Shown here piece by piece: positions 56,296 to 64,000 of a stretch of 64,000 nucleotides of DNA. The translations under genes and the position numbers were made by a program. This stretch comes from an uncultured Planctomycetales bacterium (GTDB taxonomy: Bacteria > Omnitrophota > Gorgyraeia > Zapsychrales > Fredricksoniimonadaceae). Under the pieces are notes generated by a model. The model was not told the DNA's origin and did not search any database. It saw only the letters and a program-made list of their open reading frames with translations. Location of the stretch: NCBI GenBank assembly GCA_964643325.1, contig CAZXSE010000002.1:8159-72158 (forward strand). The letters are read 5' to 3'. Each line of letters begins with the position of its first letter. The stretch's first letter is position 1.

Positions 56296-57342
56296 TTATC
56301 CTTTGTCAGGCTCCTGGGAGCGGTCGTCATACACACTGAAACCGACCACACGGTTGCGACCGGATCTCTTGGCGCGGTACAGGGCCCAGTCCGCCTTGTC
56401 CATCAGTTCATCGACCTGCGCCGCGTCATCGGGAAAGGCCGCCACACCCAGGCTGATCGTGACCGCCAGGGACGCATCATAAGCCTTGATCCTGTGCGCG
56501 TGCACGGCCTCCCGGATACGTTCCGCCACAACGAGCGCACCCGCCTTATCCGTATCAGGAAGGATCACGCAGAACTCCTCGCCGCCGTAACGGCCCGCGA
56601 TATCGATCTCGCGCACCTGCAGGCTGATGATGCGGGCGGTCTCTCGAAGAACCATATCCCCGGTCAAGTGGCCGTGCTGGTCATTGACCTTCTTGAAATG
56701 GTCCACATCGATCATCAGGATCGCCAGCGGCGCCTTGCGCAGCCGCGCGCGGCGGAACTCTTCTTCGCAGCGCTCGCCCAGATGCCGGCGCGTGTGCATG
56801 CGCGTCAGGCTGTCAGTGATCGCCTTGTCCTCGACCTCGTTGTACAGGCGGATGCGCCGCAGGGCCAGAGCGAACTGATGCGCCAGGACCGAGAACGTAT
56901 CCTCGTCAGCGTCGGCAAGCCCCTTGTACGCGATCTCGCCGAGCACCATTTTCTTGGTGCGCAGCGGAAAGAACTTGTACCCGCGGAACGCCGGGAATTC
57001 CTCGATATCCCGGGGGAACCGCTCGACGAGCCGGCAGTCGTCAAGGACGAGGCGGCGGGCCACGTGCGACTTGAACGCGTCAAAAGCCTCCTGTTCATCA
57101 AAGGTGGCGGTGACCTCGCGCGTCAGTTCATACATCTCGAAAATACGGTCCGCCTCGTCCTGGAGCTGGCGCTTCTCCTCGGCAAGGGCATCTTTCTGTT
57201 CAATGAAATCAAGATAGACGCTTTTCACGCGCATGACATCATGGTCGGCCCGCTGTTCAAAATCAAGAACAGCGGCTTTGGCGAAATACGCCACCGCCAC
57301 GACGAACAGCGATACCAGAACAAGCATCAGGTACAAATGCAT
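56296..57342 (-). CDS. Diguanylate cyclase (GGDEF) with N-terminal membrane anchor and sensor region
   Basis: RYGGEEF active site; one or two N-terminal TM helices; start at MHLYLMLVL (57342). Confidence 0.8.
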   Translation of the reverse strand: MHLYLMLVLVSLFVVAVAYFAKAAVLDFEQRADHDVMRVKSVYLDFIEQKDALAEEKRQLQDEADRIFEMYELTREVTATFDEQEAFDAFKSHVARRLVLDDCRLVERFPRDIEEFPAFRGYKFFPLRTKKMVLGEIAYKGLADADEDTFSVLAHQFALALRRIRLYNEVEDKAITDSLTRMHTRRHLGERCEEEFRRARLRKAPLAILMIDVDHFKKVNDQHGHLTGDMVLRETARIISLQVREIDIAGRYGGEEFCVILPDTDKAGALVVAERIREAVHAHRIKAYDASLAVTISLGVAAFPDDAAQVDELMDKADWALYRAKRSGRNRVVGFSVYDDRSQEPDKG

Positions 57343-57358
57343 GCGGTCTTTCCCTTTT

Positions 57359-58660
57359 TCACGCGACACACACCCGGTTGCGGCCTTTATGCTTTGCCTC
57401 ATACAAGGCCTTGTCGGCGCGCTGCAACAGGTCCTCTCTGGTCTTCGCGTCCTGCGGGAACGCGGCCACGCCCGCAGAGATGGTCACCGGCGTCCGTTCA
57501 CGGCGGAGCACCAGGGCCTCGCCTTCCACGCGTTTAACAAAATCCTTCGCGATCGCCGCGGCATCCTCTTTGGAACATTCCGGAAGCACGACACAGAACT
57601 CCTCCCCGCCGTAACGGCACAACAAGTTACCGGCCGCGGCAAAATGCGACTTCATCAGCATGGCCATGTGCTTGAGCACAATGTCCCCCGCGGCGTGCCC
57701 GAAGCGATCGTTGTATTGCTTGAAATGGTCAAGGTCCAGCATGATGAACGCCACGGGTTTGTCGCGCCTGAGATTGCGGGACAATTCCTCCTGCAGGCGG
57801 TCCGTCAGGTAGCGGCGCAGATAAAGACCGGTCAGGCTGTCGCGAATGGCAAGGTCTTCGACCTTGTCATAAAGCTGGGCATTCTCGAGCGCCACCGCCG
57901 CCACATCGCCGATGATGCTGAGGAAGCGCAGGTCCTCTTTATGAAAATCATCAGGCGCGGGGCTGTCGAGACGCAGGATCCCGATCGCCTTGTTGTGGAC
58001 CACGAGCGGCACGCCCAGGACCGAACGGATCGAACGGGCCTCTTCCTCGTCGTCCGCGCTCTTTTGCAGGTCAAAACGGAAATCGTTGCGGGCATCTTCG
58101 AGATAAAGAGGTTGCAGGTGCTTGATGATCCAGCGGTCAAAGACATCGCCGTGCTTATTCTTGACGGTCATGGCCCGCCCGTCGCGCTGCGCGGCAGCGA
58201 CCGCCAATTCACCGGACACCTGATCGACCAGGTACACCATGACCGACGCATGCGGATGCTCAAAGAGCTGGCCTGCCTCGCGCACAAGCGTGTGCGCCGA
58301 ATCCTCGAGGGTCAGGCACAGCCCGAGTTTCTCGACAAGGACCTTCAACCGGGAATACGTCTCGATCTTCTTGCGGAACGCCACGATCACCCCCGCCTCT
58401 TTGGCCAGTTCCTCTTTAAGGATGTTGGCCTTCTCAAAGAACTCCTCGCGCTGAAGTTTCAGGGACGAGCGCTTGATCTTCAGGCGGCGGTAAAAAAGAA
58501 AAAGGAGGATGATGTTGACCAGGATGGCCAGCGTCAGGAACGCGAAGAACCTCGTCTGGTACCGGGTCGCGTAGATAAAGAACCCGATCAGGGGGCCCAG
58601 CAGGCTGACAACGAGGAGCGCGTAATACTTAAACGATCGTTGTTTCAGTTTTGGGGTCAA
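57359..58660 (-). CDS. Diguanylate cyclase (GGDEF) with 2 TM helices and a GAF-like domain (tandem paralog)
   Basis: RYGGEEF active site; GAF-like central domain. The only ATG start (58780) would overlap the upstream ABC gene by ~150 bp. A TTG at 58660 gives a 30-bp overlap and keeps the two TM helices. Confidence 0.7.
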   Translation of the reverse strand: MTPKLKQRSFKYYALLVVSLLGPLIGFFIYATRYQTRFFAFLTLAILVNIILLFLFYRRLKIKRSSLKLQREEFFEKANILKEELAKEAGVIVAFRKKIETYSRLKVLVEKLGLCLTLEDSAHTLVREAGQLFEHPHASVMVYLVDQVSGELAVAAAQRDGRAMTVKNKHGDVFDRWIIKHLQPLYLEDARNDFRFDLQKSADDEEEARSIRSVLGVPLVVHNKAIGILRLDSPAPDDFHKEDLRFLSIIGDVAAVALENAQLYDKVEDLAIRDSLTGLYLRRYLTDRLQEELSRNLRRDKPVAFIMLDLDHFKQYNDRFGHAAGDIVLKHMAMLMKSHFAAAGNLLCRYGGEEFCVVLPECSKEDAAAIAKDFVKRVEGEALVLRRERTPVTISAGVAAFPQDAKTREDLLQRADKALYEAKHKGRNRVCVA

Positions 58661-59735
58661 AGAAGTGCACCTTGCGCATGTCGAAGACAACTTCCATGTC
58701 GCGATTGACCTCGGGGCGGTTATGCGCCCCGACGCGCGCGATGAAATTGTTCTTCCCGGAGTTAAGGTACAGATAAACATCCGAACCTAACGGTTCGACC
58801 ACTTCACAGATGGCGCGCACGGTATTCTCCGCCGACGCCGCTGGAAAGAACAGCTTGTCGTAAATATCCTCGCTGCGCACGCCGCAGACGACTTCTTGGC
58901 CGGCATACGGAGCGATCCTCGCCGCCATCTCATCCACCAGCCTAACGCAGAACTTTCCCTCGTCAAAATAGTATTTCCGGTCCCGCCTGAGGATGGTGCC
59001 GCGCATGAGGTTGATCGGCGGCGTCCCGATAAAGCTGGCCACGAACCTGTTCACCGGCTTGTCGTAGATCTCCATCGGGGCCGCGCATTGATGCATGCGG
59101 CCGTCGCGCAGGACCACGATCCGATCGCCCATGGTCATGGCCTCGGTCTGGTCGTGCGTCACATAAACGAACGTTGTCTGCAGGCGCGTGCGCAGCTTGT
59201 GGATCTCGGTGCGCATGGTGACCCGCATCTTGGCGTCAATATTCGAAAGGGGCTCGTCAAAAAGAAAGACCGCGGGCTTGCGCACGATCGCGCGGCCCAG
59301 CGCCACGCGCTGGCATTCCCCGCCGGAAAGCTGATGCGGGCGACGGTCCAGGCACTTGCGGATATTAAGGATGTCGGCCGCCTCGTGAACGCGCTTCACG
59401 ATCTCGGGCCGGGGATAATGGCGCAGCTTCAGGCCGAAAGCCATGTTATCGAAAGCCGTCATATGGGGATACAAGGCGTAATTCTGAAAGACCATCGCGA
59501 TATTGCGGTCTTTGGCAGGAACATCGTTGACGCAGCGGTCGCCGATCCAAACCTTGCCGCCGGAAATATCCTCGAGCCCCGCGATCATGCGCAGGGTCGT
59601 TGATTTGCCGCAACCCGAAGGCCCGACCAGGACAACGAACTCCTTATCGCGGATCTCAAGGTCCAGGCTGTCCACGGCTTTCACCGCGCTGCCAGGATAA
59701 ATCTTGCTCAACGCCTCAAGTCTGATGCCGGCCAT
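58629..59735 (-). CDS. ABC transporter ATP-binding protein, MalK/UgpC/MsmX family (no permease genes adjacent)
   Basis: Walker [10 protein letters not shown], signature LSGGECQR, Walker [13 protein letters not shown]-terminal regulatory OB domain. Confidence 0.85.
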   Translation of the reverse strand: MAGIRLEALSKIYPGSAVKAVDSLDLEIRDKEFVVLVGPSGCGKSTTLRMIAGLEDISGGKVWIGDRCVNDVPAKDRNIAMVFQNYALYPHMTAFDNMAFGLKLRHYPRPEIVKRVHEAADILNIRKCLDRRPHQLSGGECQRVALGRAIVRKPAVFLFDEPLSNIDAKMRVTMRTEIHKLRTRLQTTFVYVTHDQTEAMTMGDRIVVLRDGRMHQCAAPMEIYDKPVNRFVASFIGTPPINLMRGTILRRDRKYYFDEGKFCVRLVDEMAARIAPYAGQEVVCGVRSEDIYDKLFFPAASAENTVRAICEVVEPLGSDVYLYLNSGKNNFIARVGAHNRPEVNRDMEVVFDMRKVHFFDPKTETTIV

Positions 59736-59760
59736 AGATTTCTTCCGGTGTATGCCGAAC

Positions 59761-60627
59761 CTAGCCCCGCGCCTGGCGCCTCGAGGGTTTTGCGTAATCC
59801 AGGATCCTGGCCAGGGTCGCTTTCATATCCTTACGCGCCACGATCATATCCAAAAGCCCGTGCGCCATCATGAACTCGGAGGTCTGGAACCCCTTGGGCA
59901 GCTTCTGCCGCACGGTCTGCTCGACAACGCGCGGACCCGCAAAACCCAACAGCGCCTTGGGTTCGGCCATGATGATATCGCCCACGCCGGCGAACGACGC
60001 CATGATCCCGCCCATGGTCGGATTGGTCAACACAGAAATATACACCTGCCCGGCCTTGCCGTGACGCGACAGCGCGGCACAGGTCTTGGCCATCTGCATG
60101 AGCGAGATGCATCCCTCGTACATGCGCGCCCCGCCGCCAGAACCGGAAATGATAATAACAGGAAGTTTCTTCTCGGTCGCGTACTCGACCGCGCGCGTCA
60201 CCTTCTCGCCCACGACCGAGCCCATGGACCCCATGATGAACTGCGAGTCGGTCACCGCGATGACCACAGGCCTGCCGTCGATCTTGCCGGTCCCTGTGAT
60301 CGCCGCATCCTTCAGACCGGTCAATTTCTGGTCGGCCGCGAGTTTGTCCTTGTACGTCTTAACGCCCTTGAACTCCAGCGGGTCAACGGAAAGCATGTCC
60401 GCGTCCATCTCGACGAAGGTTCCCTCGTCCACCAGAAGTTCGATGCGCCGGCGCGCGGTCAGCGTCATGTGATAACCGCATTTCAAGCACACATTCTGGT
60501 TGGCATCCACTTCCTTGGTATAGGACGGCTGCTGACAATCCGGACATTTCATCCAGACGCCGTCAGGGATAGTCTTCTTCTTGGGCATCCTGACGAACGT
60601 GTTATTGCTTTTACCGAATAAACTCAT
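59761..60627 (-). CDS. accD: Acetyl-CoA carboxylase carboxyltransferase beta subunit
   Basis: N-terminal zinc ribbon CPDCQQ...CLKCGYH; carboxyltransferase domain with GGARM. Confidence 0.9.
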   Translation of the reverse strand: MSLFGKSNNTFVRMPKKKTIPDGVWMKCPDCQQPSYTKEVDANQNVCLKCGYHMTLTARRRIELLVDEGTFVEMDADMLSVDPLEFKGVKTYKDKLAADQKLTGLKDAAITGTGKIDGRPVVIAVTDSQFIMGSMGSVVGEKVTRAVEYATEKKLPVIIISGSGGGARMYEGCISLMQMAKTCAALSRHGKAGQVYISVLTNPTMGGIMASFAGVGDIIMAEPKALLGFAGPRVVEQTVRQKLPKGFQTSEFMMAHGLLDMIVARKDMKATLARILDYAKPSRRQARG

Positions 60628-60645
60628 GCCGGCTCCTTAAAAAGA

Positions 60646-61920
60646 TCATTCAAGCCCGTGAAGCGCGACCCCCGAAAGGGCCTTCGGATAGAAATATGTC
60701 GTCTTCGGCGGCATTTTCTCGCCGTTGAGCGCGATCGCGCGCAGCTGCTCGATGCGCACCGGGTTCAAAAAGAACGCGGCCCCGGCGCGGCCCTCGTCAA
60801 CGGCGCTGAAACACTCGTCCATCTCCTTGTTGCAATAAACGATATCCTCAGACTTGATATCAAGCCTGTCGAGCACAAAAGCCTTGAGGATCAACGAGTC
60901 CAGCGAGCGGTACTCTTTGGAGCCTTCTTTGATGAACGCGTCGATCTGGCTCTTGTTCTTCAGGCGCAACAGCTGAATGCCTTTTTTCGTGTAAAGGCCG
61001 AAGGCATGCTCATTACGCCCCGCCTGCGCGAGCGTGACCGCCAGGTCGTCGCGCTTCTTGATGCTGTCGATGCGAAAGATCTCCTCGAGAAAGCTGATAT
61101 CCTGCGGAAAATTCCTGAAAATACGGTGGATGGGGAATATCTGGAGTTCTTTGGAATCAATATTGGTGAAATACGTCATCACGTAATTCCACGGCTCATC
61201 CCCCGTGGCGCCGGGCGTGCGCGCCAGCATCATCTCGCGGTAACGCTTGGCCACTTCATAACGGTGATGCCCGTCCGCGATAAAAAGGTTCTGCCCCTCA
61301 AAGGTCGCCGTGATCTCCGCGATCAGGGCCGGATCATCAAGGCGCCAGCAGATATTGCGCGTACCGTCATCCTCGACAACATCCACGAACGGCTGCGTCG
61401 GGGCGACCTTACGCTGAAAAATGCTCTCGACCTTCTTCTGGCGGTCGGAAAAACAGACAAAGATCGGGCTGCACGCGGCCTTAAGAGCGCTCCAGAGCTT
61501 GAAACGGTCCTCTTTAGCGCCGGCATGGGTCTTCTCATGCGGGAATATCTTGGCCTTCCCGTCATCGATCTTCATCACGGCCAAAAAGCCCATGCGGCTG
61601 TGGCGCTGGCCCATGATCTTGTATTCCTGCTTAGTGTAATAAATGCAAGGCTTTTCATCCCTGACCAGAATGCCGTCCTTAAGCCATGCCTGGAATGTTG
61701 CGCCTGCCTGCGCGTAACGGGCATCATCGTCGGCATGCTTGGCATCCGCTTTCGCCAGCATCACATGGATATAATTATAAGGGCTGCGCTTTTTCAGGAC
61801 GATCTCGTGTTCCGGTGAGATCACATCATAAGGCGGGCACACCAGCTTGTTCATGTCGCCGGCCTTGGCAGGGTTATAGACAATACCGTTAAAGGGCTTG
61901 ATCAATGACATGGGACGCAC
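60646..61920 (-). CDS. DUF1015-family conserved protein
   Basis: 424 aa with FIADGHHR and PPKTTYFYPKALSG motifs, as recalled for DUF1015. Confidence 0.7.
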   Translation of the reverse strand: MRPMSLIKPFNGIVYNPAKAGDMNKLVCPPYDVISPEHEIVLKKRSPYNYIHVMLAKADAKHADDDARYAQAGATFQAWLKDGILVRDEKPCIYYTKQEYKIMGQRHSRMGFLAVMKIDDGKAKIFPHEKTHAGAKEDRFKLWSALKAACSPIFVCFSDRQKKVESIFQRKVAPTQPFVDVVEDDGTRNICWRLDDPALIAEITATFEGQNLFIADGHHRYEVAKRYREMMLARTPGATGDEPWNYVMTYFTNIDSKELQIFPIHRIFRNFPQDISFLEEIFRIDSIKKRDDLAVTLAQAGRNEHAFGLYTKKGIQLLRLKNKSQIDAFIKEGSKEYRSLDSLILKAFVLDRLDIKSEDIVYCNKEMDECFSAVDEGRAGAAFFLNPVRIEQLRAIALNGEKMPPKTTYFYPKALSGVALHGLE

Positions 61921-62011
61921 ACTCTTTCCTGATTAAGTATTAATAGGAAGAAAACATCACATAAGTATACAAAAAAACGCGGATTTGACAAGGAAGGATT
62001 TAAGAGCCGTA

Positions 62012-62803
62012 CTAAGAATTCCTGAGATACAAGATCATCTCTAATAACATCCTCACATCCTCTACTCCATTAAGAAAGTACTGCGCCTTCGACCGCTTGG
62101 AGGGGGTGCCTACCCTCACTGTCAATCCGCGCTTGCGCACTACTTTGAAGGCCGCTTCATCAGTCTGGTCATCACCAATAAAGACCGGCAAAAATCTCTT
62201 TTTTCCCCACAGCCGCAACAGCCGCGCCACCACCCGTCCTTTATCCATTGCCCCTGGCGGCATGATCTCGATAACCTTCTTTCCAGACAATACAACAACC
62301 TTTCCCTGACGAACGGCCTCATCACAGGCATCACGTACGACTTGTTTTATCTTCTTTCCCGAACCCGGCAAGGCTTTACGATAATGAATGGCACAGGAAA
62401 ACGGCTTCTGCTCGAATAAAACGCCCGCAACATCCTGCAATTTATCCTTCAACCGGCGCCTCAAACCGTGCATTTCATGAAAATACCGTCTGGGAACGCA
62501 CTTGGAAGGCAGGCCTTCCATGCGAAATTCGATCCCATGGCTACCTGCCAGTACCAGGCCCGGAACAGGGACCATTTTTCGCAGATCATTTAACGCTCTT
62601 CCTGAAATGACCGCGACCTTGACATGCTTGAGCTTCAGCAAAGCCTTTAATATTTCTCGTGTCGCATGGGGCAGCGTCGCCTCTGCAGGCGTCGGGGCGA
62701 TCGCTGACAATGTTCCATCATAGTCCAGAAATACGGCCAGCGGCCGAAGTCGCAACCGCTTTTGCCAGTCATCAAGATCAAGCAGGATGTTTTTCATGGC
62801 CAT
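62012..62803 (-). CDS. otsB: Trehalose-6-phosphate phosphatase (HAD family)
   Basis: FLDYDGTL (DxDGT) motif I; GDDQTDE motif III; overlaps the otsA stop. Confidence 0.8.
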   Translation of the reverse strand: MAMKNILLDLDDWQKRLRLRPLAVFLDYDGTLSAIAPTPAEATLPHATREILKALLKLKHVKVAVISGRALNDLRKMVPVPGLVLAGSHGIEFRMEGLPSKCVPRRYFHEMHGLRRRLKDKLQDVAGVLFEQKPFSCAIHYRKALPGSGKKIKQVVRDACDEAVRQGKVVVLSGKKVIEIMPPGAMDKGRVVARLLRLWGKKRFLPVFIGDDQTDEAAFKVVRKRGLTVRVGTPSKRSKAQYFLNGVEDVRMLLEMILYLRNS

Positions 62804-64000
62804 ATTTTTTTAAACCTGAAAGTTCAGCAACAATGCTCCCGGCCCAACGATAAATATTATTCTCCTGAACAGTTTTTCTCATTGCCGCCATGCGCCGTCT
62901 TTGTTCATCCTCGGGCATGGCCGCCCCCATCCGGATCGCCTCGGCAAATTCTTCCGTCGCGTAAGGATTGATCGGAACGGCTTCCATGAACTCCCGGATC
63001 GCGCCGGTAAAACAGCTCAACAAAAGGACCCCCGTCCCGTCTTTCCTGGCCGCAACATATTCCTTGGCAACCAGGTTCATTCCATCATGCAGAGAGCTTA
63101 CAATGCACATATCAGCCAAGGCATAAAAAGGAACGATCTCCTCGGCGGAAAGATGCCGTTTGATATAAATAATCGGCTTGTACTCACCTTCAGAATATTT
63201 CCAATTGACTTTTTCGACCAACTCATCGATCTCGCCATCAAGATCACGATATCTCTTGATGTGTGTTCGGCTTGGCGCGCCGATCTGGACAAAAACAAAC
63301 CTGCGCCTGAATTCCGGGTTCTTCTCGAGAAAACGATCGATCGCCAGAATCCGCTCCCCGATCCCTTTCGTATAATCAATACGATCAACACCAACAGCCA
63401 CGATCTTTCCGTCAAACTTGTATTCTTGCCTGATCCTGGCCAGCTCTTTTTCGGAGATCACCTCATCACAAGACGGCAGCGCGATGCTGATCGGGAACGC
63501 CCTGACATGTGTTTCCTGATCGCCGCGAACAATGCTGAATTTCTCCGTATCAATACGGCATTCCAGAAGCCTGTTCGCCGTTTCCAGGAAATTATTACAA
63601 TGATACTGCACATGGAACCCGACAAGATCACACGCCAACATGCCATTCAAGATCTGTTTTTGATAAGGGCACACAGAGAAAACTTCAGGGTTCGGCCACG
63701 GAATATGCCAAAAGAGCGCAACCACCACATCCGGCCGCTTGGCCTTGATCATAGCAGGCAAAAGCGTGAAGTGATAATCCTGGATGAACACAAACGCCGG
63801 GCCAGAAGGCAGCTCCTCGATAACAGCATCCGCAAATTTCTGGTTAACCTGCTGATATGTATCCCAATCTTTCTCGTTAAATATCGGACGTGTGTGCGTG
63901 ATATGGCACAATGGCCACAGGCCCTCATTGGAAAATCCGTAATAATATTCTTCCTCTTCATCTTTCGTAAGCCAGACACGCCTTAAAATATAACGATTGT
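62778..64000 (-). CDS. otsA: Alpha,alpha-trehalose-phosphate synthase (GT20), 5' end truncated by the window edge
   Basis: GFSNEGLWPLCH..., FVFIQDYHFTLLP, LVGFHVQYHCNNF and GVDRIDYTKGI GT20 motifs. The reading frame is open to position 64000. Confidence 0.85.
   Translation of the reverse strand, partial: NRYILRRVWLTKDEEEEYYYGFSNEGLWPLCHITHTRPIFNEKDWDTYQQVNQKFADAVIEELPSGPAFVFIQDYHFTLLPAMIKAKRPDVVVALFWHIPWPNPEVFSVCPYQKQILNGMLACDLVGFHVQYHCNNFLETANRLLECRIDTEKFSIVRGDQETHVRAFPISIALPSCDEVISEKELARIRQEYKFDGKIVAVGVDRIDYTKGIGERILAIDRFLEKNPEFRRRFVFVQIGAPSRTHIKRYRDLDGEIDELVEKVNWKYSEGEYKPIIYIKRHLSAEEIVPFYALADMCIVSSLHDGMNLVAKEYVAARKDGTGVLLLSCFTGAIREFMEAVPINPYATEEFAEAIRMGAAMPEDEQRRRMAAMRKTVQENNIYRWAGSIVAELSGLKKYGHEKHPA

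Overview
This is a 64-kb, high-GC (~60-65%) chromosomal segment of an anaerobic diderm bacterium. Gene content is reminiscent of sulfate-reducer/Desulfobacterota-type genomes, but the taxon cannot be fixed from sequence alone. Coding density is very high, and every gene from 22.7 kb to the window end (41 kb) lies on the minus strand. Main blocks follow. (i) tlpA-ccdA thiol-redox pair, an FKBP isomerase, an acyltransferase-methyltransferase fusion and a GT4 glycosyltransferase. (ii) An AlkD-like repair gene and cspA, sharing a bidirectional terminator. (iii) A radical-SAM-nrdD-nrdG anaerobic ribonucleotide reductase operon preceded by two palindromes resembling NrdR boxes. (iv) A complete [FeFe]-hydrogenase island: hydE-hydG-hydF maturases, a TM1266-like small regulator, and an hndABCD-type tetrameric NAD(P)-linked hydrogenase. 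A 186-bp imperfect palindrome lies between the two operons. (v) A plus-strand trio of an FMN-binding NosR/NapH-like polyferredoxin, a small membrane protein and an AmmeMemoRadiSam-type radical SAM enzyme. It is followed by a ~180-bp GC-rich nested-palindrome element and a 48-aa twin-arginine-signal ORF. (vi) A membrane-embedded spermidine-synthase-like protein and an EamA transporter. (vii) A ~28-kb LPS / nucleotide-sugar super-operon. It contains an O-antigen-ligase-like gene, fmt and a degenerate priA embedded among glycosyltransferases, gmhB/hddA/hddC GDP-heptose genes and two DegT aminotransferases. It also holds a B12-binding radical SAM enzyme, a split transketolase, UXS and ugd, and ends with msbA and lptD. 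(viii) glk, two tandem GGDEF cyclases, an orphan MalK-like ABC ATPase, accD, a DUF1015 protein and otsB-otsA (otsA truncated at the window edge). No rRNA, tRNA, CRISPR array, transposase or integrase was seen. Every call is from reading the translations and DNA by eye. No database search was run.
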